From assembly GCA_964019335.1 (NCBI GenBank), contig OZ025716.1, positions 186,001-250,000 on the forward strand: DNA of 64,000 nucleotides, in the 5' to 3' direction. Under the pieces are notes generated by a model, which made no database searches, had not been told where the DNA came from, and was given only the letters and a program-made list of their open reading frames with translations. Both the position numbers and the translations under genes were made by a program. Below are positions 49,319-59,184 of the stretch, piece after piece; the first letter of the stretch is position 1; every line of letters starts with the position of its first letter. The DNA is from Diplonema japonicum (lineage: Eukaryota > Protista > Euglenozoa: Diplonemea).

Positions 49319-50026
49319 ATGGTGAAGCGTAAACGGTGCACCATGGAGGACGAAGAAAGCGAGGCACCAAAATGGAAGAAGGGAAAAGGGTGGGAGGAGC
49401 AGGGGTACGAGGCGGAGCTGTTCACCCCAGTGACAACAGTACTCCTCTGTGATGAAGTGAAAAAGAGAAACGTGGATGGGCTCAAAGCGGTGGCCGAACA
49501 AATGGGCGAAGCACTAGGAAGCGATGAGGAAGCCATGAGCGGGGAAGAAAAGTGTGTTGTTGTAGCATTGCAGCAAGACATTGCATGTGGTGCCATAATC
49601 TTTGAGAGGAAAGACGCAGCGTGGCGGATGATCGACAAAACAAGAGGCGAACAAGAGGTGGGAATAATCAAACGTCTTATGAGCAACGGCAAAGAGCTGT
49701 CGGAAGAGAATCTCGAAGCAGAGGTCTCGACCTTGTCCCCCTCCTCCAACTCCTCCGAGGAAAGCGACAGCTGGTCCAATCACCACCACGTTGAATCCTT
49801 AATATCCTGCAGCAAAGGTTGCCTCCTCGGTGTGCACAAAATCTGGGTCCACCCGAAGTACCGGCGACAGGGTGTTGCCACCCATCTCCTCAACCGGGCC
49901 CGTTCCTCCCTTGTACACGGCTACACCATCCCAGAGTGTCAAGTTGCCTTCTCACAACCTACATCGATGGGAAAGCTCTTTGCGCGATCGTATACCCACC
50001 GAACCGATTTCTATGTCTACAGGTGA
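49319..50026 (+). CDS. ECO1: ECO1/ESCO-like cohesin acetyltransferase (GNAT)
   Basis: LGVHKIWVHPKYRRQGVATHLL and VAFSQPTSMGKLFARSY are ESCO acetyltransferase hallmarks. Confidence 0.85.
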   Translation: MVKRKRCTMEDEESEAPKWKKGKGWEEQGYEAELFTPVTTVLLCDEVKKRNVDGLKAVAEQMGEALGSDEEAMSGEEKCVVVALQQDIACGAIIFERKDAAWRMIDKTRGEQEVGIIKRLMSNGKELSEENLEAEVSTLSPSSNSSEESDSWSNHHHVESLISCSKGCLLGVHKIWVHPKYRRQGVATHLLNRARSSLVHGYTIPECQVAFSQPTSMGKLFARSYTHRTDFYVYR

Positions 50027-50053
50027 TTACAAAAAAAAAAAAAAAAGAATGTT

Positions 50054-50095
<42 letters not shown>

Positions 50096-50234
50096 TCTTT
50101 TGATTAATTCTTTTTTGTCTTTTTTCTTTCTTTTTTTTTTTTTCTGAATTTTTTTCCCCGCCCCATTTTGGAACCCCTGCACAACTGAAACCTTAGGGGT
50201 GGGGTGGGGGGGAGGGGGGGGGAAAGAGTGGGCG

Positions 50235-52418
50235 ATGCTACTGTTTTCACAGATCTTAGGGCTCCAAGGGGGGGACACTCCCCTTGAGGCTTTCCGGAAG
50301 CGATACTTATTGGGGGCGATAGTCAGCTCATCCGCGATGGCAGGCGTCCCATTGATACGCACGCCTGCAATGCTGGCAGAAACAAGCTTGTATTGGATGT
50401 ACTTCGGACTGGCAATGGTGCTGCTTGCGAACTTGCTTGCACTAATTACGATTTTAGCAACGAAGCGAGCTTCAATGATGCTTGCTAAGTACTTAACGGG
50501 TGCTTATTATTTAGCAATACTGATCATAGACTTTTCGAACACCATTGCGCTGTACCCAGCGTTGTGGCCGGTTCTCTCCGTCATTCTGCACATGCACTTC
50601 GTGCTTTCCTGCGGCCGTGCCTTGTCCTTGTCTATGATTGGCATCTTTCTTGTATATCAGTCGGCAATTGCTCTTGAGAATGTAACCCGTTTTGGATTAT
50701 TTGATGCCCCACTTACCCCTGATCATGAAGATCGCATCAGGGAGTGTTCCTGCCCCAATCCACCCTGTGTCAAAAGCATCTCATTGGGCATTGGGGGGTG
50801 CTTGGTCCCAATCATGTTCATTCTCTTAGATTACTACTTCAAACACATCCTGTTCGCCCGTATAAAGACCGACCAGGACCGTATCTCCGCTTCCATCGCC
50901 ACCGCGAACAGCATTGCTACGTCTCTTGCCGACTTTGACCTCGACAAGGCAGAGGCGCAGCTCTCGTCCACAACCATCCCCAGCGAGCTGTACGAGGCCT
51001 TCGAGCGTATCCTCCGCAACCTCCGGCAGTACCGCCCGTACATCCCTGACGCCCTGTTCTCCTACGACACCGACAGCAGCAGCACACGGCAAAACGCGCC
51101 TGGCATTCATTCCGGATGCGCCGCCATCGTCTTCACCGACATCCAAGGCTCATCAGCAACATGGGAGGCATGCCCTGAAGGGATGAAGAAAGGTCTTCGA
51201 GTTCACGATGGGGCGTTGCGAGAGTGCATTTCCGCCTTCAACGGGTACGAGGTGAAGACGATCGGGGACGCCTTCATGGTGGCCTTCGAGGATACGATAG
51301 ACGCGGTGCGGTTCTCGCTCGACGTGCAGGAACAGCTCGTTCACTCGGAGTGGCCAGCGGAGCTGCTGGCGTTGGAGCACCTTGCGTGGGACAGGAACGG
51401 ACCGTGGTGCGGGCTACGGGTTCGGATCGGGGTGCATTACGGAGAGGTGGACGTACAGCTAAACACCTTAACAGGGAGGTACGACTACTTCGGGCACACC
51501 GTCAACAAGGCAGCGAGGATGGAGGGTGCGTGCGTGGGGGGCGGCGTGGCATTCGAACCGAGGATCATGCTGCCCAACGACAAGGAGGGGGTCGATGAGG
51601 GAGTCGACGAGCTGCCGTCAAGCGCCGCAGCTCTCCTAGGCCACCCTGTAGCACTACGAATGGGGGCCACATACCTTAAGGGCGTCGGTACGACGACACC
51701 TATCATGCTCCTGCCGGAGAGCCTGAAAGGCAGGAAGCCTTACTGCGAGCAACAGCTTTTGATAAAAAGAGAGGAACGGAAGCTGGATCTGCGGACTCAA
51801 TCACACGGGCAAGCAGAATCAGCAACATGGTGCCAACAAATGTTCGGCATGAAAACTACAGTGGCTAGCACTGCGAAGGTGGAACTGGCGATTGCGGAGG
51901 GTGATGAAAAGCATGCGATGACCGAGGAGGTGAGCAGGGTCACAACATGCGCAGAGCGGTGCGAGGGAACTATCACATCGCTGCAGGGCTACAGCGTGGC
52001 TATCGGGTGGAACACTTCACGAAGGTGCCTTCTTCACGTAGAGAACGCATTCAGGTGCATTCATCTACTCAACACAACTACGAAGAATTACTCAGCCCAC
52101 ATCGGGCTCTGCACCGGTGAGGTCATCTGGGGCAGTGTCGGCACCCGCCAACGCTTTGTCACCGTGATCGGACCTGCTGTCCAAGTCAGCAGCGCCCTTT
52201 GCACCATGGCAAACGAAAAAAGCATGTATTGCATGTACAGTTCTTTGATAAACTCCTTGTTGGCCAAGGACCTAGGTGTGGCCATCGACAGTGTCTCCTG
52301 CGGGACCACGACAGCTGATGTGTACGATGGGCACTACTACGAGGAGGACTCCGATGACGGTTTAGTTTACACACAAACCATGAGTTTCCAACAGCTTTGC
52401 AGTTCAAACTTGACATGA
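50235..52418 (+). CDS. Membrane class III adenylate cyclase with a degenerate second cyclase domain
   Basis: TM helices; catalytic core nearly identical to that of 42180-44279. Confidence 0.92.
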   Translation: MLLFSQILGLQGGDTPLEAFRKRYLLGAIVSSSAMAGVPLIRTPAMLAETSLYWMYFGLAMVLLANLLALITILATKRASMMLAKYLTGAYYLAILIIDFSNTIALYPALWPVLSVILHMHFVLSCGRALSLSMIGIFLVYQSAIALENVTRFGLFDAPLTPDHEDRIRECSCPNPPCVKSISLGIGGCLVPIMFILLDYYFKHILFARIKTDQDRISASIATANSIATSLADFDLDKAEAQLSSTTIPSELYEAFERILRNLRQYRPYIPDALFSYDTDSSSTRQNAPGIHSGCAAIVFTDIQGSSATWEACPEGMKKGLRVHDGALRECISAFNGYEVKTIGDAFMVAFEDTIDAVRFSLDVQEQLVHSEWPAELLALEHLAWDRNGPWCGLRVRIGVHYGEVDVQLNTLTGRYDYFGHTVNKAARMEGACVGGGVAFEPRIMLPNDKEGVDEGVDELPSSAAALLGHPVALRMGATYLKGVGTTTPIMLLPESLKGRKPYCEQQLLIKREERKLDLRTQSHGQAESATWCQQMFGMKTTVASTAKVELAIAEGDEKHAMTEEVSRVTTCAERCEGTITSLQGYSVAIGWNTSRRCLLHVENAFRCIHLLNTTTKNYSAHIGLCTGEVIWGSVGTRQRFVTVIGPAVQVSSALCTMANEKSMYCMYSSLINSLLAKDLGVAIDSVSCGTTTADVYDGHYYEEDSDDGLVYTQTMSFQQLCSSNLT

Positions 52419-52530
52419 AATACTCCCCCCTCTTCTGAGGGAATCACCTCTTCTAGTTTTTTAATCCACCTCTTGTGTCCTCTTCGAATCAGATTTTCTG
52501 GAAAGAAGGAAAAAAAAAAAAAAAAAAAAA

Positions 52531-54027
52531 ATGAGCATCGTGGTTCAGATCGCTGGCAAGGCCACCGAGATATCCGTGGACCTTGCGGATTTGCGAGGGG
52601 TGGAGGAGTTGAAGGAAACGGTCCGGGAAGAGATGGGCTGGACAGATTCCTCGGAGTTGACACTGAAGTTCCAAGGGGAGGTCCTGAACGATGGAATGCA
52701 GCTTTGCGACCTTGGCCTGCTAGACGGGGACGCTATCTCGATCTCATGCGAAAAAGAACTGGCGAGAAGGGAGCTCGCTGCAATGTCATCGCGAGGCATA
52801 GAAGACGCAGTGAAGCTACGCAACGCAAGGGCCGTGGAGCTGCATTTAAAGCTCGACCCGAAGGTATCCATCAACCTGCTCCGAGAAGCCATAAAAACAG
52901 AGGACCCTCCCGTGTGCGAAATCTTGTTCCAAAACGGTGAAATGCCTGTCTCGTCCACCAACGTGGGAGTCATTCTGATGAACGTTTGCAAATCGGGCAA
53001 ACCGTGGCTTCTCGAACTGGTTCTCCAAAACCTCCCTGTCGACTCCTCGTTTAAGACCAGGAAGTCCGCGCCGTTGATCGTCGCATCATCGCACGGAAAG
53101 TACGAAATCGTGCGAATACTATTGGCGCACGGTTTCAACGCAAAGCTGCGCAATTTCGCTGGTTCCACCGCTTTGCATCACGCGGCAATGGGTGGGCATC
53201 TTGACATAGCGACGGAGATTCTGAAATACAACCGATTTGTGAGCTTGGACGAGTTCACCGCATCTGTTAAGCAGCCCAACGTGCAGATCGTGAAGCTTCT
53301 ATACAACAACCTGTCCGAGCCTCTGGGTTGCCTGAAGTTCTTAGCCCCCTGTATAGCAACAGCAGCGGGTCTACCGAGTTATGAAATATGCGAGTTTCTT
53401 GTTGAGATCGGAAAGGGCGTTCCGCGGCTCGAAAACGCGCTCCTTTCCTCCATCACGGTTTCTAACACAGCGCTGGTTTCGTTTTTCATACAGAAAGGTG
53501 CCAGCGTGCACTGCGTGGGCAACGCGACACCGTTAACAGCGGCCGTTGGGGTTCAGAACGAAGAGATAGTCGAGATGTTAATCGATGCGGGTGCCGAGGT
53601 GAACGTTCCACCCAGGTTGGGTGCCCGAACACCTTTGGCAGAAGCGTGTTCTTTTGCAAAACCGGATGCTGCGACTGTTCGTATCGTAAACAGGCTGCTG
53701 GCAGCAGGTGCTGATGTCAACCTTGCCTCTGGCTACGGCCGCAACTCCCCTCTGTCGGAGGCCTGCAAAACCGGCAGTGTGGAAGTTGTACGCATACTGA
53801 TTCAGGCCGGTGCGAACATCCACAAGCGGGGCGATTGCAAGAGGACCCCTCTCATGTTAGCCGCTTCTTACGGGCGTCTTCAGTGCGTTGAAGAGCTGCT
53901 CAGGCACAACCCAAGTACGACGGCCGTAGTGGGGCCTCGCAACCTCACCGCGTACAATCTGGCACTGGCTGCGAAAAACAGCCAGGTCGCGGCGTTGCTC
54001 GAGCCGTCCGACGAAGGCAGAAATTAA
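52531..54027 (+). CDS. N-terminal ubiquitin-like domain plus ankyrin repeats
   Basis: LTLKFQGEVLNDG..LCDLGLLDGDAI (Ubl); GSTALHHAA, TPLTAAV, RTPLAEAC, RTPLMLAA (ankyrin). Confidence 0.9.
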   Translation: MSIVVQIAGKATEISVDLADLRGVEELKETVREEMGWTDSSELTLKFQGEVLNDGMQLCDLGLLDGDAISISCEKELARRELAAMSSRGIEDAVKLRNARAVELHLKLDPKVSINLLREAIKTEDPPVCEILFQNGEMPVSSTNVGVILMNVCKSGKPWLLELVLQNLPVDSSFKTRKSAPLIVASSHGKYEIVRILLAHGFNAKLRNFAGSTALHHAAMGGHLDIATEILKYNRFVSLDEFTASVKQPNVQIVKLLYNNLSEPLGCLKFLAPCIATAAGLPSYEICEFLVEIGKGVPRLENALLSSITVSNTALVSFFIQKGASVHCVGNATPLTAAVGVQNEEIVEMLIDAGAEVNVPPRLGARTPLAEACSFAKPDAATVRIVNRLLAAGADVNLASGYGRNSPLSEACKTGSVEVVRILIQAGANIHKRGDCKRTPLMLAASYGRLQCVEELLRHNPSTTAVVGPRNLTAYNLALAAKNSQVAALLEPSDEGRN

Positions 54028-54558
54028 AAAAAGAAGAAAAAAAAAAGAAGGAAAAAAAAGAAATTAGAAAATTCCCTAGCAACACAACCCTTTTTTTTTT
54101 TTTTGATGACCTAACTTAACTCAAATATATACGGTATTTTGCCCCCTCCTCCCCGTTTTTTTTCGCAAATAATTGAACCTTGGATATAAACTTACCCCAC
54201 TGTTTTTGAAGTTTTAAAAAAAAAAGAGGAACTGGCCGTTGTTTGTACGTGCCTAAAAAGAAAATAAAAAAAAAACGAGGGTATAAAAACTCCTTTTGTT
54301 CATGACCAAATACCGTATTTTGGTAATTTCCGTCGCATTGTGGTCTTTTTCTTCTTTGAACAGTGAAACACCCCCCCCCAAAAAAAATTCCTTTTTTTTC
54401 CCCCCAATCTCTTTTTTTCTTTCTAGAAATGCAGCTTCCGCCCGTACCTTTTTTCTTTTACCCGGATGGGAAGACCAAAAGTGAGCACCCCCCATGCACA
54501 CTGAAACTTTATCGAATTTCGTATTTTTAGCTTTCTTACACCCATCATATTTAAGGGA

Positions 54559-55275
54559 ATGGTGTTCGAGGCACTACCCTTAGACGTGCTATGGTTAGTA
54601 ACAAGGTACCTCTCTGAGCTCGAGCTGCTTGTGATGTCGCAGGTCATGCCCGCATGGAGTGATGTGTACAGGGAAGTGGTGCAAAAATTGTGCAAGGGCA
54701 TAGATATCGGAAAAGGCCCGAAAGGTGAGAAGAGAAAAGTAACCGTTCTTGGGGGCGAGCATGACGGTGTATCTGAGATTCTAAGAAGTATATCTACCGG
54801 GCAGCCGACTCAGCGCCTGCCTTATCCAATGAAGCAAACATTTTCACTAATACCGCAGTCTCTGCCGACAGAAGGAAACAGCGAAAGTATCTGTGTGTGG
54901 AACCGCAAGCCCTTGCTATCGGCGGATCGGTACTTCATGGGCTCTGCAGCGCATCTCATCTTTTTTGATACATCGTCTGCAACATGCTGCGACAGCCTTA
55001 TTCATGCTGTGAACGAGCATCAGGAGCACTTAACATCTCCTGTTCTTTTGATAGGAGCGTCGCATTTCCCAACGCACCCCAATGCTGCTTTGGTGAGATC
55101 TGTGGCAGCCCATCTCTCCATCCCCATTGTTCCTTTTGCATCTGGTGTGACTTATGAGGGCGTTCCAGAGATTTTTGACTTCATCTACGGATGTTTCCCA
55201 CCAGATCCCCCGGCAGACGAGCTTCAGGACAGAAAGAAGCCATTTTCTGTGAAGGGTTGCTGCGCGGTGGGATGA
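54559..55275 (+). CDS. F-box-like domain fused to a degenerate Ras-superfamily GTPase fold, C-terminal double-Cys motif
   Basis: EALPLDVLWLVTRYL...MSQVMPAW (F-box-like); KVTVLGGEHDGVS, ICVWN, YFMGSAAHLIFFD, PVLLIG; ends KGCCAVG. Confidence 0.6.
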   Translation: MVFEALPLDVLWLVTRYLSELELLVMSQVMPAWSDVYREVVQKLCKGIDIGKGPKGEKRKVTVLGGEHDGVSEILRSISTGQPTQRLPYPMKQTFSLIPQSLPTEGNSESICVWNRKPLLSADRYFMGSAAHLIFFDTSSATCCDSLIHAVNEHQEHLTSPVLLIGASHFPTHPNAALVRSVAAHLSIPIVPFASGVTYEGVPEIFDFIYGCFPPDPPADELQDRKKPFSVKGCCAVG

Positions 55276-55600
55276 GATGCGTCTTGTTGACAAGAACGGA
55301 TGGCAAGCACGTCGAGAATTTTCTTTCTTTCTTAAACTTGTTACTTATAAGGTCGACAACCATCACGGAGTGCTACTCAAGTCCGGGCTACCCTACAATA
55401 AAAAAAGGTCAACAACTCACCGACTCTAGGGTTTTTTTTCTTTTGAGATGGTTTTACGACTTTTTCCCTAACCAGAAATACAGGTTTTTTTTATTTTTTA
55501 GTATTGAAACCATATTGCATTTTTCTTTTGCGTAAGAAAAAAAAAAAAAAAAAAAAAAAGAGCGGAAAAGAAAAAAAAAAGAGAAAAAAAAAAAAAAAAC

Positions 55601-55917
55601 ATGGAAGTGTTCGTGCAGGATGCTGCAGGGCAGCGGTTCCCTGTGGTGCTGAATGAGCATGACACTGTACTGGATGTGAAGAAGCTCGCTCGGAAGGCGA
55701 TGGACGGGTCGGGGGACATGTGGACGAGGAAGACACGACAGTAAGCTTCAACAGCCTGACTGGGATCGAGCCTGACCATGACATCCTCATCACCTACAAC
55801 GATCCGCTAGTTCTGAGGGCCTCCTACATGAGTGGCAAGCTTGGGCTCGACGACTACAAGGAAGGCTCTGTGGAGGCTGCGGACCCTGAGACTGTGAAAC
55901 ACCTCTTGTCGAACTGA
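55601..55917 (+). pseudogene. Frameshifted/truncated ubiquitin-like-domain gene
   Basis: MEVFVQDAAGQRFPVVLNEHDTVLDVKK is a Ubl N-terminus; frame breaks near 55720. Confidence 0.6.
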
Positions 55918-55946
55918 AAAACACTAATTTCGAGCTTTTTTTAGGG

Positions 55947-55996
55947 GGCGGTGACCCCAATGCAGGTTCCCTTCAAAGACTCCCCTTTTTTTTTTT
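55947..55996 (+). repeat. Short T-tailed dispersed element (family E, divergent)
   Basis: tgcaggttcccttcaaagactcccc followed by a T-run. Confidence 0.6.
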
Positions 55997-56010
55997 GTTT
56001 TAACAATATT

Positions 56011-56156
56011 ATTGTCGAGACTAAAAACTAGTTGATGGCAGCGTAATGAGCTATTTTATTAGGTAAAATTCCGCTCGTGCGCACAAACAAAGAAAATGTC
56101 AAGGGACCGCTCGTGCGCACAAACAAATTGAGACAACGGCCAGTTCCTCTTTTTTT
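56011..56156. repeat. Inverted copy of the 5932-6016 repeat with an internal duplication
   Basis: ccgctcgtgcgcacaaacaaa occurs twice; the cggccagttcctc-T motif also appears at ~3761 and inverted at ~54225. Confidence 0.8.
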
Positions 56157-56270
56157 ATTGTTTTTGTTTTGTTTTTCGCAATCTATAAAAAAAAAAAAAA
56201 GAAAAAAAAAAAAAAACCCCTCTTCAGATTTTTTTTCTTCACACAAAAAAAAAAAAAAAGGGGGAGAGAA

Positions 56271-57030
56271 ATGTCGATCTTGCAATACAGCAGCAGCCAG
56301 TACTACAGCAACATGCCCTCGCTCACGGCAGCGTACGGAAGAATGACACGGCCGGCCTACGGGGGCGCTTCTCCACCCACATCGCCGAGGAAGGAAGGCG
56401 CCCCTGCGTTCGTAACGCAAATGGCTAGGGGAGACGGTGCGGTGAACAATGTAATGGCGAAGGTGAAAACGCCAATAGAGAAGGTGGTGAGAACCCCTGT
56501 GGTGAGGAGGGGGAGAGTCACTTTAGTGCTGGACTTGGACGAAACGCTAGTACATTCCAGCTTCGAACCGGTTGCCTGTGATATGCAGATCCCACTCACT
56601 ATGGATGGGCAGTCCTACACGGCGTATGTGGCCAAGCGTCCGGGGGTAGACGCATTCCTTGCCAAAGCAGCAGAACTCTTTGACATTGTGATCTGGACTG
56701 CATCGTTGCGGTTGTACGCAGAGCCACTTATTCGTCAATTGGTACGCTCTGCGAGGTGTGGGCCGATTCCTTCTCTGTTCCGTGACAGTTGTACTCTTCA
56801 TAAGGGGGGATATGTCAAGGACTTGACTTCTCTTGGTACCCACTTGGACGATATTTGCATTCTGGATAATTCGCCTTCCGTCGCGGTCTTCCAGCCTCAG
56901 AACCTGATCCCCATTTCATCATGGTACGATGACGTGACTGATGTTTCCTTGTACGAGCTGATTCCTCATTTGGAGAGAATGGCTCGTGCGAACCGATCCG
57001 TCCGGGAGTTCATTCAAACCATGACCATGC

Positions 57031-57035
<5 letters not shown>
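56271..57035 (+). CDS. Small CTD phosphatase (SCP/FCP1-homology, NIF family, HAD fold)
   Basis: TLVLDLDETLVHS, KRPGVDAFL, WTAS, LFRDSC, YVKDL, ILDNSP. Confidence 0.93.
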
Positions 57036-57094
<59 letters not shown>

Positions 57095-57542
57095 TCTTCT
57101 TCTTTTTTTTGTACTTGTCTTGTATTCTTTTTTTTTTTTTTTTCCCACCCTCCAGTCTCCTTTTTTTTTTTTTTTTTTTTTCCTCATTTCTTTTTTTTTT
57201 TTTTTTGTAAATTTTTCTTCCCCCCCCCCTCTCCTCCATGTTTTCTGTCTTTTTTTTTATTATTTATTTCTCCCTCTCTTTTTCTATCTATTTTCTTTTC
57301 TTTCAACCTTTTTTTTTGTGTTTAAAGGTAGTATTTTCTTCTTTTTGATCTCTTTCATATATTTTTTTCTGCACTCATTTCCTCCGGGGGGCGGGGGGGA
57401 TCTCCGAAAGAAACCTTTCAAAATATCTACCAAAAGACGCCCAAAATCGGGGAGGTTTTTTTGGGGAAGAAAAAAAAAAAGGTCCGCCATCATGGAGCCG
57501 TGGAGAAAAAAGAAAGCTATCCCAGTCTGGCTTGTTCCGCCC

Positions 57543-58087
57543 CTACTCCCTAAGGGAGCATTTCCTAGTCCTGTGTAGTATGTTCAAGAACGCATTTACA
57601 TCAGCCCCGTACATCACAAGCAGGGACACGGCATCTTTGCTATTCATTCGTTCCGCGAACTCGTGGAGCAGGGTTTTTCCGTCGGCAGCGTATGTGTGAA
57701 GAATGGCCGGGCTAGCTTCGAGAAATAGTTTCATATCACTGTCCTTCGACACAAGGGTGCCACCTATCCCAGTGAAGGAGAAGATGTATAAGAACCTTCA
57801 AGGGTCGCAGCAAAACCCATTTCTTCTAGCTTCCTTCTCGCTATCGTTGCCTTGTCTATCTTCACCACCACCTCGTCGCCGTCCTTGAAACTGTGGTCGC
57901 CGATGAGCATGCTCGTGTCGGGCAGTGGTTCTTCTTCGTGAGACATTGTAAAGGTTCCTTCCTCCAAACCGCAGGTTGTGAGTATTCTCGAGGAGAGATC
58001 GCTCACTCTTTCCGTTCCCTTCATTTCCAGAGGTACCACAGATGCCGAGGTCTCTCCTTCCAAACGGATTAGCCGCCCGACTGACAT
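57543..58087 (-). pseudogene. Frameshifted, truncated Ubl-ankyrin gene on the minus strand
   Basis: Ubl (MSVGRLIRLEGE...FKDGDEV) in one frame; ankyrin fragment (DGKTLLHEFA...LLVMYGADVN) in another. Confidence 0.7.
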
Positions 58088-58329
58088 TCGTTATGTGTTA
58101 AAACGAGAGAGAAAAAAAAAAAAGTCCTCCACCGTTTTTTGCGCGCTACGGTTTTTTTTGCTCCTAAATAATCGTTGCTTTTAAGTACACTGAGGGAAAG
58201 GTGTAGGAAAACGGAGGAAAACTTGAGTTTTTTATAAACAATTTTTTTTAGACCGGGGATTGCTTTTCTTTTTTTTCTTTTTTTCCTTTTTTTTTTTTCT
58301 TCTCCACGGTGAATGCGTTCACACAGTTG

Positions 58330-58690
58330 TACAATATGTTCATACTTCAGCACCATGTCCCCAGACCAGTCCATCGCCTACAGAGCGAGCTTGGTGACAC
58401 AGGACCGCTATAGAAGAACCGCCCTCCATAACTCCTTGGTGCCCACCTTTATAAAGGACCTGCTGATCGAAGCTGGGGCGAGTGTTTGCGTGAGGGATGC
58501 CTTCGGTCGGACACCGCTCCACTACGCGCGTACAGTGGGGCAGTGCATGCTGTTTCTAGCTGCCGGGCAGACATCGGTGCCAGCGACATAAATGGAATGA
58601 CCCCCGCACAGTACCTTTCAGATAAGCCTGCAGGGAGGTTTCTTCAAGAAAGGCTGAAGTAAAAGATTTGGACGGGCTGTATTTCTCTTT
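58330..58690 (+). pseudogene. Ankyrin-repeat gene fragment
   Basis: RTALHNS, LLIEAGASV, FGRTPLHYA; no convincing start; truncated. Confidence 0.7.
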
Positions 58691-58715
58691 TCCGGGAAGA
58701 CACATGACACTGGAG

Positions 58716-58910
58716 CACCTGTTCTTTGGTGTCCAGAGGAAATACACCCATTTAGTTGTCTGTGTGACCCTCGTGTGGGCCGGTCAGTTAGACTTTGAGA
58801 GGTACGTGCGATTCGGTCTCTTAGACATCCCAGGGGCTCGACTTCAAGCAAAAGACGAAGCTGCCGCTGGACAACAACGGTGTGGTGGGGAGGGAGAAGG
58901 ACCTGGACGT
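58716..58910 (+). pseudogene. Chimera of an adenylate cyclase fragment and a retroelement family B-like fragment
   Basis: 58716-58839 is nearly identical to 42531-42654; then DFKQKTKLPLDNNGVVGREKDLDV resembles DFEREMELPLDDGGEVGKVEDLGV at ~44663. Confidence 0.8.
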
Positions 58911-59184
58911 CTACACCATGGGGTAAAGAAATCCATCAGATGTTCAGATGTGCTGTTCACCGTCTGTCATCACCGAGCAGAATCTTGGTCACCCGGGGCT
59001 GGGCATCCACCCCTTTTCTTCTTTTTTTAGGGCGGTCCTCGAGTGGGATTTGCCCTTAAACATCGCCTTTTTTTTCCAAATCAAACCTGCCACAACATAA
59101 AACACAGGTTGGAGAGAGGAAGGGGAGAAGAGGGGGGGGGGGAAGAAAAAAAAGAAAAAAATAAATAAAGAATAAAAAAAGAAA

